Assembly (NCBI GenBank): GCA_040005235.1
Contig: JBDTZG010000010.1
Location: 32,001 to 96,000 of the forward strand
Source: Acidobacteriota bacterium
GTDB lineage: Bacteria > Acidobacteriota > Thermoanaerobaculia > Multivoradales > UBA5704
Direction: 5' to 3'
Length of the DNA: 64,000 nucleotides
How positions within the stretch are numbered: position 1 is the stretch's first letter; every line of letters starts with the position of its first letter. The position numbers and the translations under genes are program-made. The notes below the pieces were generated by a model. The model saw nothing but the letters and a program-made list of their open reading frames with translations, made no database searches and was not told the origin of the DNA. Below, piece by piece: positions 36,744 to 47,123 of the stretch.

Positions 36744-38468
36744 ATGCTCTCGATGATGGTGACCAGCAGCCCGGCTGAGCGAAGCCAGAGAAAGAGCTTG
36801 GGGGCCTATTACTCTCCCCATTCGCTGGTGGAACCTATGGTCGCCTGGGCTCTCACACGGGCCGATCAATCGGTGCTCGACCCTTCGTGCGGCGACGGAA
36901 TCTTCTTGGCCGCGGCAGGGCGTCGACTGCGTGAGCTGGGCGCCAACCCCCGGGAAATCTCCGCTCTCCTCCATGCCGTGGATTTGAACCCCGACGCGGC
37001 TCGGTTTACCCGAGAGCGTCTGACCGCTCTCGGCCTACCGCTCGCGAACGTCCGGGTGGCGAGCTTCTTCTCGCTACCGCCTCCCGGCGGCTTGACCGGC
37101 TCCTCCGAGGGCGTCGATCTGGTGATCGGCAACCCTCCCTACATCCGCTACCAGGATTTCTCGGGCCTCGCGAGGCAAGAGGCTCTCGCCCGCGCTTCCG
37201 ACGCGGGAGTTCAGCTGAACCGGCTTGCCTCCTCCTGGGCACATTTCGTAGCCCATACGGTTGCGTTCCTACGTCCTGGAGGGCGGCTCGCTTTCATCCT
37301 TCCGGCGGAGCTGATCCACGCCTCCTACGCTGCGCCGCTGCGCGAATATTTGCGCCGCTCGTTCGCCGAGGTCTCCGTCGTCTCGTTCCGGCAGGCGGTC
37401 TTTCCCGAGGTGCAAGAGGAAGTCGTCCTGCTCCTCGCTTCCGGCAAGGACCGGGCGCCGGAGCGCCTTCGCTTGGCGGAGGTCGAGTCCCCGGCCGATT
37501 TGGCCGATCTAGCGGCCGTCTTGGAAGGAGCCGAGGAATTTCACCCGGGGGTGGAACCGGCCAAATGGGTTCCGGGCTATACCGATCACCCGGGTGCCGT
37601 TTCTCTCGATCTTCTGTCGGCGCGCGGTTTGCTCGCGCCGCTCAGCGATGTCGGCAAGGCGAACATCGGTTTCGTCAGTGGAGCGAACGAATACTTCGTC
37701 CTCACTCCCGGCGAAGCCCGGCACTGGCGCCTCCCTGATTCCTCCTTGCAGCCTGCTTTGGTCCGCGCCCGTCAGATCCCCGGTCTGCGGATCACGAAGG
37801 CCGATCTGTCGCTCGGCAACTCGCAAGGCGATCGCTGCCTGCTCTGGCTTCCCGGAGAGCATCTCACCGCCGCCGAGAAGAGATATATCCGGCATGGCGA
37901 AGAATTGGGCTACTCCGAGCGATACAAATGCCGGGTCCGCTCTCCCTGGTTTCGGGTTCCCGGCGTCGTCAGCCCCGACGCGTTTCTGACTTACATGAGC
38001 GATGTCGTCCCCCGGCTTTGCCTGAATCAAGCGAAGACCGTCGCCTCGAACACGCTGCTCACGATTCGTCTCCAGGGGGTTCCCGCGGCCCTGCGGAGAG
38101 CTTTCGTGGCGGCGTTCTACAACTCCGCGACCCTGATGTCCGCCGAACGCATCGGGCGAAGCTACGGCGGAGGCGTGCTGAAACTGGAGCCCCGCGAAGC
38201 CGACCGCCTTCTCGTCCCCTCCGTCGAACTGGTGGGCCGACACAAGGCTTCTCTAATCAAACTGTCCGATACGATGGACACCGTCCTGCGCAACGGCCGC
38301 GATGGACGCCTGGAAGAAGCGGTGGCCGCCGTGGACGCACTTCTCTTTTCAGGAGAGGAGCTTGCCCAATCCGACATGGCGGCTGCCCGCGCGGGCCTGC
38401 GAGAGAGGCGCCAAGCGCGCGCCCGGCCTTCGCGAACGGCAGACCCGCAGGCTTTCCTTTTCGCGTAG
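36744..38468 (+). CDS. N6-adenine DNA methyltransferase (gamma class, TaqI/Eco57I-like)
   Basis: LGAYYSP, LDPSCGDG, GNPPY, YGGGVLKLEP. Confidence 0.9.
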   Translation: MLSMMVTSSPAERSQRKSLGAYYSPHSLVEPMVAWALTRADQSVLDPSCGDGIFLAAAGRRLRELGANPREISALLHAVDLNPDAARFTRERLTALGLPLANVRVASFFSLPPPGGLTGSSEGVDLVIGNPPYIRYQDFSGLARQEALARASDAGVQLNRLASSWAHFVAHTVAFLRPGGRLAFILPAELIHASYAAPLREYLRRSFAEVSVVSFRQAVFPEVQEEVVLLLASGKDRAPERLRLAEVESPADLADLAAVLEGAEEFHPGVEPAKWVPGYTDHPGAVSLDLLSARGLLAPLSDVGKANIGFVSGANEYFVLTPGEARHWRLPDSSLQPALVRARQIPGLRITKADLSLGNSQGDRCLLWLPGEHLTAAEKRYIRHGEELGYSERYKCRVRSPWFRVPGVVSPDAFLTYMSDVVPRLCLNQAKTVASNTLLTIRLQGVPAALRRAFVAAFYNSATLMSAERIGRSYGGGVLKLEPREADRLLVPSVELVGRHKASLIKLSDTMDTVLRNGRDGRLEEAVAAVDALLFSGEELAQSDMAAARAGLRERRQARARPSRTADPQAFLFA

Positions 38469-38470
38469 CC

Positions 38471-39238
38471 ATGGCCAGGAAGACCAGTCCCCGCGTAGCG
38501 ACGAGTCCGGGCTGCCGGTCGCTCCTGGAGATGTACCTAGGGGCGGTTGACGACCGGCCTTCCCGATGGACCGAGGTCGAGGCTTCATTCCTCACCGCCA
38601 TGTGGAGCTTCGATCAAGCGTTCGCCGTTGGTTTGGCCAATCAAGGTGACAATCAGAACGGCAAAGGAGACTTCTTCAACGATTTGACCGCTCTCCTCTT
38701 GGAGAATTGCTCGGGCAAGGTGCTCCAAGGCCGAGGGGCGGTACCCGGACTGATCTTTCCGAAGCACAACCTCGACACCGCCTACCCGCATAAGGGAACG
38801 GTCGAAATCTTGATCGAGACCAAGGCGGCGGGTGCGCCGAAGACCCTTCGGAACCCGCAACAAAAGAATCCCAAGGGCCGGCCAGGAAGCTCAGATCTCG
38901 ACAAGAGGATCAAGGAAGCCGGTTTGAAGTCCATCGACCTCAAGGCTGAGTGGGCGCGTACCGCCGGCCAAGGCGGAGGTCCCACGAGCGACCTGGTGAG
39001 CTGGCTCAAGAGGAGCAAGCCACTGTCGTTCCTATTCCTGGCGATCCGAGTGGTTGACGACAACGATCTCAAGCGAACGCTCTTTTTTGCCGACGCCGCC
39101 AACCAATTAATGGATGGCGTCGGCGTGGTGGCCTATCAACCTGCCGGCGAGGGCTATCGGGTCCGCCAGGTCCCCACTCATTTGGAGCTCGATCGAGTCA
39201 TGAGCCGAGTCTGCACGGCGCTGCGCGGCTTGCCGTGA
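38471..39238 (+). CDS. Probable cognate restriction endonuclease (PD-(D/E)xK)
   Basis: KGDFF, NLD...IETK; starts 2 nt after the MTase stop. Confidence 0.65.
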   Translation: MARKTSPRVATSPGCRSLLEMYLGAVDDRPSRWTEVEASFLTAMWSFDQAFAVGLANQGDNQNGKGDFFNDLTALLLENCSGKVLQGRGAVPGLIFPKHNLDTAYPHKGTVEILIETKAAGAPKTLRNPQQKNPKGRPGSSDLDKRIKEAGLKSIDLKAEWARTAGQGGGPTSDLVSWLKRSKPLSFLFLAIRVVDDNDLKRTLFFADAANQLMDGVGVVAYQPAGEGYRVRQVPTHLELDRVMSRVCTALRGLP

Positions 39239-39368
39239 TCAGGTTCGCTCCATCTCTCACGCCTGCATCGCTCTAGCCGCAGCGCCCACTCGCCGCATTC
39301 CAAACTCTCGGCTTGAGGAGCCGCTCACTCGCGAGCTGGCACGGCAGATTGCCGAGAGGAAGAAAGAT

Positions 39369-39445
39369 TGGTCGGGACGCCGGGATTTGAACCCGGGACC
39401 CCCTGAACCCCATTCAGGTACGCTACCAGACTGCGCTACGTCCCG
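39369..39445 (-). tRNA. tRNA-Pro(GGG)
   Basis: CGGGACG acceptor stem, CCTGA-ATGGGGT-TCAGG anticodon arm, GTTCAAATC, CCA end. Confidence 0.97.
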
Positions 39446-39466
39446 ACCGGAACTGCGGGGAAACGA

Positions 39467-40066
39467 CTACGGGGAACTGCTTTCGAGGAGAGCCAGGATC
39501 TCACGGGCTTGACCGAGCGCTTGGCGTATCCCCGAACGGAGGGTTTGTATCCGCTCGGTGCCCTGGGTGTCAAGCGAAAGGACAGGGATCTCGGGCGGAT
39601 CGGGCAGGAGCGGCAGGTCCAATTCTGGGTCGAAGGATAGATCCGCGAAGGACGCCGAGACGGCAGGCGCGGCGGTCGCCTTGGCGGCTCGCTTGGCCGG
39701 TCGGAGCGGGAGATCCGCAGCTGGGGCTTCCGCGATGCCCGCGACGGCCGGCTCGGCGGCTCCCGCGGTTTCGATCAGGCTGGGTGTGCCGTCTTCGTCA
39801 AGGGTGCCGTTTTCAAGCTCGGTTTCGAGGCGCTTCTTCGCTCCGGCGATGGTGTAGCCCTCGCCGTAGAGCAGCTCTTTGATCCGGCGGATGATCGCCA
39901 GCTCTTTTTCGCTGTAGACGCGCTGGCCGGAGCGGCTCTTGGACGGCGAAAGGGCGGGAAACTCGGTCTCCCAATAGCGCAGCACGTAAGGCTGGATGTC
40001 GAGCGCCTTACAGGCCTCACCGATTTTGTAATAGAGGCGTTTCTGCACGCGGGCCTTGGGCGGCAT
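39467..40066 (-). CDS. MerR-family HTH regulator
   Basis: YYKIGEAC...VLRYWETEF...GQRVY; usual ihf-merR-tRNA-Pro order. Confidence 0.9.
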   Translation of the reverse strand: MPPKARVQKRLYYKIGEACKALDIQPYVLRYWETEFPALSPSKSRSGQRVYSEKELAIIRRIKELLYGEGYTIAGAKKRLETELENGTLDEDGTPSLIETAGAAEPAVAGIAEAPAADLPLRPAKRAAKATAAPAVSASFADLSFDPELDLPLLPDPPEIPVLSLDTQGTERIQTLRSGIRQALGQAREILALLESSSP

Positions 40067-40069
40067 CGG

Positions 40070-40363
40070 TTACGACTCTTCGCCGGGTTCGGTGATTTCG
40101 TCCTTGAGCCGCCGGGCGGGCCGGAAGGCGAGCCCCTTGTGCGGACGAATGAAGATCTTCTCGCCTGAGGTCGGACTCACTCCCTGGCGCCCGGGGCGCT
40201 TGGTGATCTCGAACGTCCCGAAGTTCTTGATTCGAACGGGCCGGCCGTCGCCGAGCGTCGACTTGACGGTGGTGAAAATCGCGTCGATCACCTCCGCCGC
40301 CTCGTCCTTGGTCAAACCCCCATGCCGCTGGTAGACCACATCCACCAGATCGGCCTTGGTCAT
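40070..40363 (-). CDS. IHF/HU family DNA-binding protein
   Basis: MTKADLV...NFGTFE...GVSPTSGEKI...FRP. Confidence 0.92.
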   Translation of the reverse strand: MTKADLVDVVYQRHGGLTKDEAAEVIDAIFTTVKSTLGDGRPVRIKNFGTFEITKRPGRQGVSPTSGEKIFIRPHKGLAFRPARRLKDEITEPGEES

Positions 40364-40506
40364 GCCCAGACGGTCGTGTTTGTTCTTCGTCGCCACGGTT
40401 CGAAAAGTGTCCCCGGAATGTCGCCCAACAGTCAAAAAGATTCGAGCGGCAAGTATAGAAGCGGGCAGGGCGGGGAGCAAGCCGACGAGCAGAGGGAGGC
40501 GGCGGA

Positions 40507-41850
40507 TCAATCCTCCGCCTTTTCCGTCCGCTTGCGGATCACCAGCCGGATCGGCACGCCGGGCAGGCCCAGCTCTTCGCGCAGGCGGTTTTCGAGATAA
40601 CGGCGGTAGGTGTTGGCCCGATGAAGCGTCCGGTTGGCGAACAGCATGAAGGTGGGCGGCGCGGTCGAGACCTGGGTCGCGTAGTAGAGCTTCCACATCC
40701 TTCCGTGGTCGGCCGGCGGGTGGAAGCGCTCGATCGCCTTCTCGAACAGCCGGTTCACCTCGCCGGTGCCGAGACGCAGGCTGTACGCTTCGATCGTCCG
40801 GTCGAGGGCGGGGAAGAGCTTCTCCACCCCGCGCCCCGAGAGCGCGGACACGTTCACCCGCTCCGGCCCGGCGAGCATCTCGTCGAGGCGCTCCCACGAG
40901 AGCTCCAGGCGCTTCCTCGACTCTTCGTCCAGCAGGTCCCACTTGTTGACCGCAATCACCGCCGCCTTGCCCAGCTCCCAAGCGAGGCCGGCGATGGCGA
41001 GGTCGCCGCTCGAAATGCCCTGCGCCGCGTCGACCACCAAGATCGCGATCTTGCAGCGCTCGATCTGGCGCCGCGCCATCATCACCGCCAGCTCTTCGGC
41101 CTCCCCCGTCACCTGGCTCCGGCGGCGCATGCCGGCGGTGTCGATCAGCAGGTAGGACTTGTCACCGCGGGTGAGCAGGGTGTCGACCGGATCGCGGGTG
41201 GTGCCGGCGACGGGCGAGACGAGCGCCCGCTCGGAGCCCACGATCTTATTGAGCAGGGAGGACTTGCCGACGTTCGGCCGGCCGACGATGGCGATCGCCG
41301 GAGCGTCGGGCACGACGTGATCCGGGATCTCCGGCAAGGCATGGCCGATCGCCTCGCGCAGATCGGCTACGCCCAAGCCGTGCTCGGCCGAGAGCAGGAT
41401 CTGGCGCTCGATGCCGAGCGAGTAGAACTCCGAGAAGCGGCGCTCGGCCTCTTTGGTGTCTCCTTTGTTGACCGCCAGGATCGCCGGCTTGCCGTAGCGC
41501 CGGAAGCGCTGCCAGACGGCCTCGTCCGCCGCGGTGAGCCCCTGCTTGCCGTCGACCACGAAGACCAGCAGGTCGCTTTCCTCGACCGCCAAAAAGACCT
41601 GCGCCGAAAGGCCGAGCGGATCGTCGCCGAGCATCAGACCGCCGGTGTCGACCAGCTGGATCTTCCGGTCGATCGGCTCCCCTTCGGGACCGAAGGTGCT
41701 CTCGACGTCGCATAGCGCAACGATCCGGTCGCGGGTGACGCCCGGCATGTCGTGAACGATCGAATGGCGTTTGCCGACCAGGCGGTTGAACAGGGTGGAC
41801 TTGCCGACGTTGGGCCGGCCGACGATCGCGACGGTGGGTGTGAGGGTCAT
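40507..41850 (-). CDS. der: Ribosome biogenesis GTPase Der (EngA)
   Basis: Two GRPNVGKS domains, DTGG/DTAG, NKWD. Confidence 0.97.
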   Translation of the reverse strand: MTLTPTVAIVGRPNVGKSTLFNRLVGKRHSIVHDMPGVTRDRIVALCDVESTFGPEGEPIDRKIQLVDTGGLMLGDDPLGLSAQVFLAVEESDLLVFVVDGKQGLTAADEAVWQRFRRYGKPAILAVNKGDTKEAERRFSEFYSLGIERQILLSAEHGLGVADLREAIGHALPEIPDHVVPDAPAIAIVGRPNVGKSSLLNKIVGSERALVSPVAGTTRDPVDTLLTRGDKSYLLIDTAGMRRRSQVTGEAEELAVMMARRQIERCKIAILVVDAAQGISSGDLAIAGLAWELGKAAVIAVNKWDLLDEESRKRLELSWERLDEMLAGPERVNVSALSGRGVEKLFPALDRTIEAYSLRLGTGEVNRLFEKAIERFHPPADHGRMWKLYYATQVSTAPPTFMLFANRTLHRANTYRRYLENRLREELGLPGVPIRLVIRKRTEKAED

Positions 41851-41880
41851 GAGGTTTGGCTTTCTGGCGGGTCGCGAATT

Positions 41881-44244
41881 CTATCGGGTCGCCAACAGGC
41901 GCAGATCCAAGCCGCGATGGCGAAGGTCGACGCCGACCAGCTCGACCAACACCGGGTCGGCGAGCCGCAGCGATCGACCGGTGGTTTCGCCGATCAGGCG
42001 CAGGGTCGCCGCATCGTAGCGGAAGCGCTCGTCGCCCGGCTCGCCCAAGGTCTTGACCGGGATCAGACCATCGACATGGTAGCCATCCAGGACCACGAAC
42101 ACGCCGAACTGCTGGATGCCGGAGATCCGGCCGGTGAACCGATCGCCGATCCGCGAGGCGAGAAAGCGCACCTTCCACCACTGGAGCAGCTCTCGCTCGG
42201 AGCGCTCGCCGCGCCGGTCGGCTTCGGTCGCGTGCTCGGCGATCGCGGCGTAGCGTTCGAGCGTCTCGGGATCGTCCGGCGCCGCGGCGAATTCGCCGCG
42301 GAGGCGCGCCTTCAGGCTCCGATGGACCACCAGATCGGGGTAGCGCCGGATCGGCGAGGTGAAATGCGCGTAGCGGGGGGCAGCGAGCGCGGCGTGCCCC
42401 AGGTTCTGCGGGCCATAGCGGGCGCCGGGGAGAGCGCGCAGCACGAGCGCCGAGATGAACGGCTCGTCCGGCCGCCCGGCCGCGCGCCGCAACACCGATT
42501 GCAGCTCCGCCGTGGGGAGAGCTGCGGCGGCAATTTTCGTCGCGGCATCCGCTTGGGCTTCAGGAGAGGAAGGATCGACTGCCGGATCGGTGAGAGCTCC
42601 CTCCGGCACCGCGAGCGGCAGTCCGAGCGCTTCGAGCGAAGAGGCCAGCTCGCGCAGGCGCTCGCCGGTCGGCCCGTCGTGGATGCGGTAGATCGCCGGA
42701 CGTCCCGCGGCGAGCAATTCCGAAGCAACCGCCTCGTTCGCCGCGATCATGAACTCCTCGACGATCCGGTGGCCGACGTGACGCTCCCCCGCCGCGATCC
42801 CCACCAGCGCACCGGCTGAATCGAGCTCGACGTCCCCTTCGGGAAGGTCGAAATCGAGCGAGCCCCGGGCCAGCCGGGCGGAAAGCAGCGCCTGCATCGC
42901 GGCGCGGGCGACTTTGAGCATTCTGAGCACCGGGCCGTAGTCCGCCTCGTCCCCGGCTGCCGGCTCTTCGAGCAGTCGGCGGACCTCCGTGTAGGTGAGC
43001 CTCCGGGCGCTTCGGATCGCGGTCTCGGCGAAGCGCGCGGCCACCGGTCGGCCGGAAGGATCGATATCGATCACCGCCGCCATCGACAGACGCAGCTCGT
43101 GGGGGCTGAGCGAGCAGAGACCATTCGAAAGCGACTCGGGGAGCATCGGCACGACGCGGCCGGGGTAGTAGACGCTGGTCGAGCGGCGGAACGCTTCGAG
43201 GTCGAGAGCGCTTCCTTCGGCCACGTAATGGCCGACGTCGGCGACATGGACCGCGATCCGGAAACCGCCGCCGGGAAGCGCCTCGGCGGTGATCGCGTCG
43301 TCGAAATCCTGGGTGCTCGCTCCGTCGATCGTCACGATCGTTCGCGAGGTCCAATCTTCGCGCCCGGCGAGATCCTCGCTCCGCGGCGCGGCGGGCATCA
43401 GTGCCGCCTCGGCGAGCGCCTCGGCCGGGGCGACCGCCGGGATGCCGAAATGCGCGATCACCGCGCGAATCTCGGCTTGAGGATCGCCCTCCGCCCCGAG
43501 CACCTCGATCACCCGGGCGATCGTCTTCTTGGACGACGGCTCGCGCGACTCAGACGCTCCGCCGAAACGGTCGGGCCGCTCCGGCCGCTCGATCTCGACC
43601 CGTACCCACGTGCCGTCCGGCAGCTCGTCGGCGCCGAGCACCGCGAAATCGGCCGGTTTCTGCGCATCGAACGGATCGATCCGGCGTTCGGTCGGCACGC
43701 AGTCCGGTACCGTGAGGAGCGCGCCTACCCGCTCGGTCGGGCCGTGGGCGAGCACGCGCAGCACCCGCGCCTCGGCCAGGCGCCCGGGGCGCGGCTCGCC
43801 GCGGGGAGGGATTTCCTCGTAGAGGACGACGTCGCCCGAGTCGGCGCGACGGAGCCGTTGGCGCGCCACCCAAAGGCGGCCTCGCGGACCGCCGGCCGCT
43901 CCCGGCACGGGCGGAGCCAGACGGCGGAGCATGGCGTCTCCGCGCTCCAGCCGATCGACCAAGCCGATCGGGGCGGGGGCGAAAGCGATCGCGTACCACC
44001 GCTCGTCGAGGCGGACAGCGCGGGCGTGGCGGGCGAGTTCGGAAAGGACGGCGCGCGGTTCGTTGGCCAGGTCGGCGGCGGCGATGCCCTCCGCCCCCGC
44101 GGCGGTCAGCCGTTCGAGCAGGCGGCGCACCTCGGCGCGCTCGGCGCCGGCACGAAGCGCCGAGGGCGCAGGGGAAACAGGGACCGGTGACGACGACGGG
44201 GTGCGGGGATCTAGATTCGAGACAAGAGGGTCGATTTCGGTCAT
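41881..44244 (-). CDS. rnr: Ribonuclease R (RNB family)
   Basis: TIDG..DFDDAI, HFTSPIRRYPD, C-terminal S1 domain. Confidence 0.92.
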   Translation of the reverse strand: MTEIDPLVSNLDPRTPSSSPVPVSPAPSALRAGAERAEVRRLLERLTAAGAEGIAAADLANEPRAVLSELARHARAVRLDERWYAIAFAPAPIGLVDRLERGDAMLRRLAPPVPGAAGGPRGRLWVARQRLRRADSGDVVLYEEIPPRGEPRPGRLAEARVLRVLAHGPTERVGALLTVPDCVPTERRIDPFDAQKPADFAVLGADELPDGTWVRVEIERPERPDRFGGASESREPSSKKTIARVIEVLGAEGDPQAEIRAVIAHFGIPAVAPAEALAEAALMPAAPRSEDLAGREDWTSRTIVTIDGASTQDFDDAITAEALPGGGFRIAVHVADVGHYVAEGSALDLEAFRRSTSVYYPGRVVPMLPESLSNGLCSLSPHELRLSMAAVIDIDPSGRPVAARFAETAIRSARRLTYTEVRRLLEEPAAGDEADYGPVLRMLKVARAAMQALLSARLARGSLDFDLPEGDVELDSAGALVGIAAGERHVGHRIVEEFMIAANEAVASELLAAGRPAIYRIHDGPTGERLRELASSLEALGLPLAVPEGALTDPAVDPSSPEAQADAATKIAAAALPTAELQSVLRRAAGRPDEPFISALVLRALPGARYGPQNLGHAALAAPRYAHFTSPIRRYPDLVVHRSLKARLRGEFAAAPDDPETLERYAAIAEHATEADRRGERSERELLQWWKVRFLASRIGDRFTGRISGIQQFGVFVVLDGYHVDGLIPVKTLGEPGDERFRYDAATLRLIGETTGRSLRLADPVLVELVGVDLRHRGLDLRLLATR

Positions 44245-44315
44245 AAGCTCAGGGCAGTGTACCGCGTTGCCGTCCGACAAGCTGACCCCGCCGGCTGGAC
44301 GTTCGGCTCCCGAAT

Positions 44316-44613
44316 GTGCAGAGCTGGAAGAAATCTGTGCGTTCGCGGCCTGCATCACCGAGTTTCAGAGGTCTCGATGTGCGGCACATAGAAGGGCCTT
44401 GTGCGAACCGCTCTCCAGGAGCCGCTGTTCCGAGTGCTGGAAGCGGCCGAGCGACCCACGGCGCACAGATTTCGATGCGCGACGCACAATCTTGAGGACC
44501 GACAAGCGGTCCACGGCAGCGGAAATGGTCTCCGAGCTCTCCGATATCGAATTCGGGACTCAGCCGAGTGGTTTTCTGGTCCAACTTCGCACAGATTTCT
44601 TCCAGCTCTGCAC
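44316..44613. repeat. 26-bp perfect inverted repeat pair (44316-44341 and 44588-44613)
   Basis: GTGCAGAGCTGGAAGAAATCTGTGCG and its reverse complement. Confidence 0.85.
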
Positions 44614-44985
44614 GCGCGAGAGTCACGAAACGGGTCTCGGCTTTCGCGTCCGCACAATCGGCGATGAAATCCGCACATCCGCGAGTCCGCAGAACGGTTT
44701 CGGCATTCCGGATTGGAGTTCCGCGTACCGCCGCCGCACAGACCTGAAGCGCGTCTGCACATCCGGCACTCCGCGGAGCGCTTTCGGCGGCTGCCGCATC
44801 TTTCTGCTGACCCAAAGCGCCAGGCTGGAGCCTGGCGAGCCCAGGAAGACGCCGTGATGCAGGACCCTGGGACCGCCGAGCACCAGCTCGGCTGCTTTTA
44901 CACCCCTCGCCGCTTCGGTGCCGAGCTGGTGCTCGGCGGTCCCAGGAACTACATACGGCCGCGGCCTCCTCGCTCCGGACCGAGT

Positions 44986-45016
44986 TTGACACTCCTCCCC
45001 CGCTTGCGACTACAAT
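44986..45016 (+). promoter_or_regulatory. Possible sigma70 promoter of tRNA-Leu
   Basis: TTGACA-19 nt-TACAAT; the spacer is longer than optimal. Confidence 0.5.
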
Positions 45017-45027
45017 CCCCCCGTCAC

Positions 45028-45115
45028 GCGAAAGTGGCGGAATTTGGTAGACGCGCAAGATTCAGGATCTTGTGGTCGCAAGGCCGTGGGGGTTCGAGTC
45101 CCCCCTTTCGCACCA
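45028..45115 (+). tRNA. tRNA-Leu(CAG)
   Basis: GCGAAAG acceptor, CAAGA-TTCAGGA-TCTTG arm, long variable arm, GTTCGAGTC, CCA. Confidence 0.97.
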
Positions 45116-45128
45116 TCCCCGTTCTCCC

Positions 45129-46958
45129 TCACAAAATCTTCCACACCCTAGCTTTTCCGTCGTCGTAGACGAGCTGGAATCGTTGCGCGAAGCTTGGATC
45201 GCGCGGCAACGGCGGCTCCGCAGCGACGATCGTCAGCAGGTGGGTGACACCCCTCGCACGAAGCCCTTCGGCCAGCAAATCGCCCGAGGTCAGGAGCTTG
45301 AGGATCTCTGAATAAGGCGTCCGGCCTCGCCAGTCGCCTTGATATCGGCCGGGTGCATAGTACGCGTGGTTCTCGGCGTAGAAGCCGTAGACGGACGCCG
45401 CGGACCCTTCGGTCCGGGCCAGAAACCGCAGCGCCGGATAGGCGGGAAACCGGTCGGCGAGAAATACCTCGCGCGCCGCGGGCGAGGCCGGAAGCGGTCC
45501 CTGCCGATGCAGATGGTAGAGGCTCCAGAGCCACGCCGGAGCGAGCGCCAATAGGACCGCCGCAGGCAGCATCAACCGGTGCGGGCCGAGCCGGGGAGCG
45601 AGGCTCAAAGCCGCCGCGAGGCTGAGCAGCGGCACGATCGGCAGGAGATAGCGCGCGTCGATCGGCAGGAATAGAAATGCACCCAAGTAGGCGAGCGATG
45701 CGCCAAGCAAGAGGCGAATCCGGCGATTCCTCCAAAGGGCAAGGAGCGTCGCGGCGAGCGCGAGGATCAGAACCGGCGACCAGGGCGGCATGCGCCCGAA
45801 CTCCGGACGGCCAAAGGTCAGCGTCCACGGCAGCCGCAACATCTGGATGAGCTGCGAATGTCCGTTCCCCTCGGACCAGGGAGCCAGCTCGGCCGGCCCG
45901 CCCCAGACCGACTCGCCGAACAACCGCGCAAAGAGCGGAAAGAAGGGATTGCCGGTATAGACCGCGTTCCGGACATACCAGGACAGGGCGAAGAGCAGAA
46001 CGCCCCCGAAGCTCCAAGCCAGACGGCGAAATCGCTCGAACTTGCCCTCCGCTCGGGCGAACAGTGCGACGGCGAGGACCGCGCCGACCGGAAACAGTCC
46101 GAAGTACTTCACCCCGGCGGCCGAGCCCGCGAAGATCCCCGCGAGGCCCCAGCGCCGCGGATCGTCCGGCGCCGCGTCAAAACGGTCGATCTGATCGAAG
46201 GCGGCGACCCCGAACAGCACCAGCACCGGCTCGCAATAGGCCGTACCCGAAAGGTAGGCGACGATCGGTCCGCCCAGGAACAGCGCCGCCGCAAGCTCGC
46301 CGACGCCCGAGGCCCTCCCCTCGCCCCCCTCGGCGGAGACTCGCTTCGCCCAGCCGAACAGAATCGCCGCGGTCGAGAGCGTCGCGATCAGCGAGAGGAG
46401 CTGCGCCGCGCGGTCGCCATCAAGGATCATCGCCTCGGCGAACAGCACCTCGCTCGCCTGGGGGAAGATCGGGAACCGCAGGTCGGCCAGAAACGGCAGG
46501 CCCCCGGTCGCGACGAAGGCCCTGGCGAACGGCAGGTGGTACATCGTGGTGTCGAACCCCGTCGGCGGATAGAGCGCAAGGGCCACGAGGGGGAGGAGGA
46601 CGACGAGCAGGACGGCCCCACGAGGAGCCGAGAGCCGTAGGGGCGGAGCTTGCCTCCGCCCGGGGCCCTTTCGGCGAGGAGAAATCGCCAGAAGCCCAGC
46701 CGCCACCACCGCCACCCCTCCTACCAGCCCCCAGAACGTCAGCCAGCCGCAGATCCCGAGCCAAAATCCGAGCGCGGCGAGGAGCGCGAGCCCGAGCGCC
46801 ACGTCCACCCCCGCTCGACCGATCCGCTCGTCTCCTCGCCTCTGCGTCCAGAGCGCCCGGCCGGCCGTCGAACCGAGCCACCAGGCCGCTCCTCCGAGTC
46901 CCGCAGCGGCGAGGAGCGGCCGGGCAAGATCGGCGAGGGCGGAAAAGAATTCGATCAT
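45129..46958 (-). CDS. Multi-TM GT-C-type (ArnT/PMT-like) glycosyltransferase
   Basis: DTTMYHLP, KYFG, GNPFFP, RYLLP; many TM segments. Confidence 0.7.
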   Translation of the reverse strand: MIEFFSALADLARPLLAAAGLGGAAWWLGSTAGRALWTQRRGDERIGRAGVDVALGLALLAALGFWLGICGWLTFWGLVGGVAVVAAGLLAISPRRKGPGRRQAPPLRLSAPRGAVLLVVLLPLVALALYPPTGFDTTMYHLPFARAFVATGGLPFLADLRFPIFPQASEVLFAEAMILDGDRAAQLLSLIATLSTAAILFGWAKRVSAEGGEGRASGVGELAAALFLGGPIVAYLSGTAYCEPVLVLFGVAAFDQIDRFDAAPDDPRRWGLAGIFAGSAAGVKYFGLFPVGAVLAVALFARAEGKFERFRRLAWSFGGVLLFALSWYVRNAVYTGNPFFPLFARLFGESVWGGPAELAPWSEGNGHSQLIQMLRLPWTLTFGRPEFGRMPPWSPVLILALAATLLALWRNRRIRLLLGASLAYLGAFLFLPIDARYLLPIVPLLSLAAALSLAPRLGPHRLMLPAAVLLALAPAWLWSLYHLHRQGPLPASPAAREVFLADRFPAYPALRFLARTEGSAASVYGFYAENHAYYAPGRYQGDWRGRTPYSEILKLLTSGDLLAEGLRARGVTHLLTIVAAEPPLPRDPSFAQRFQLVYDDGKARVWKIL

Positions 46959-47123
46959 CCGGGGGCCTTGGCGGGAGGTAAATCCTATGCTGTCTTCGCT
47001 CTCCGCGGGCGCCGCCCGGTTCCCGCCCCTGTTTCCGAGCGCCTACCCTATCTTGTGGTCCGCTGCAACCTACTCCCCTACGCCTTGTAGCTTTTCTCAG
47101 GCCTCTGGTAATCTTTCCGGCCC

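Noticed and set aside
37928-38470. N-terminal extension of the 436-aa ORF
   Set aside because: Overlaps the MTase in another frame; the real start is probably ATG 38471.
40364-40981. N-terminal extension of the IHF/HU ORF
   Set aside because: Overlaps der; family similarity starts at MTKADLV (40363).
44249-45058. 269-aa and 308-aa ORFs across the rnr-tRNA gap
   Set aside because: No motifs; they overlap tRNA-Leu or rnr; the inverted repeat explains the RTDFFQLCT string seen on both strands.
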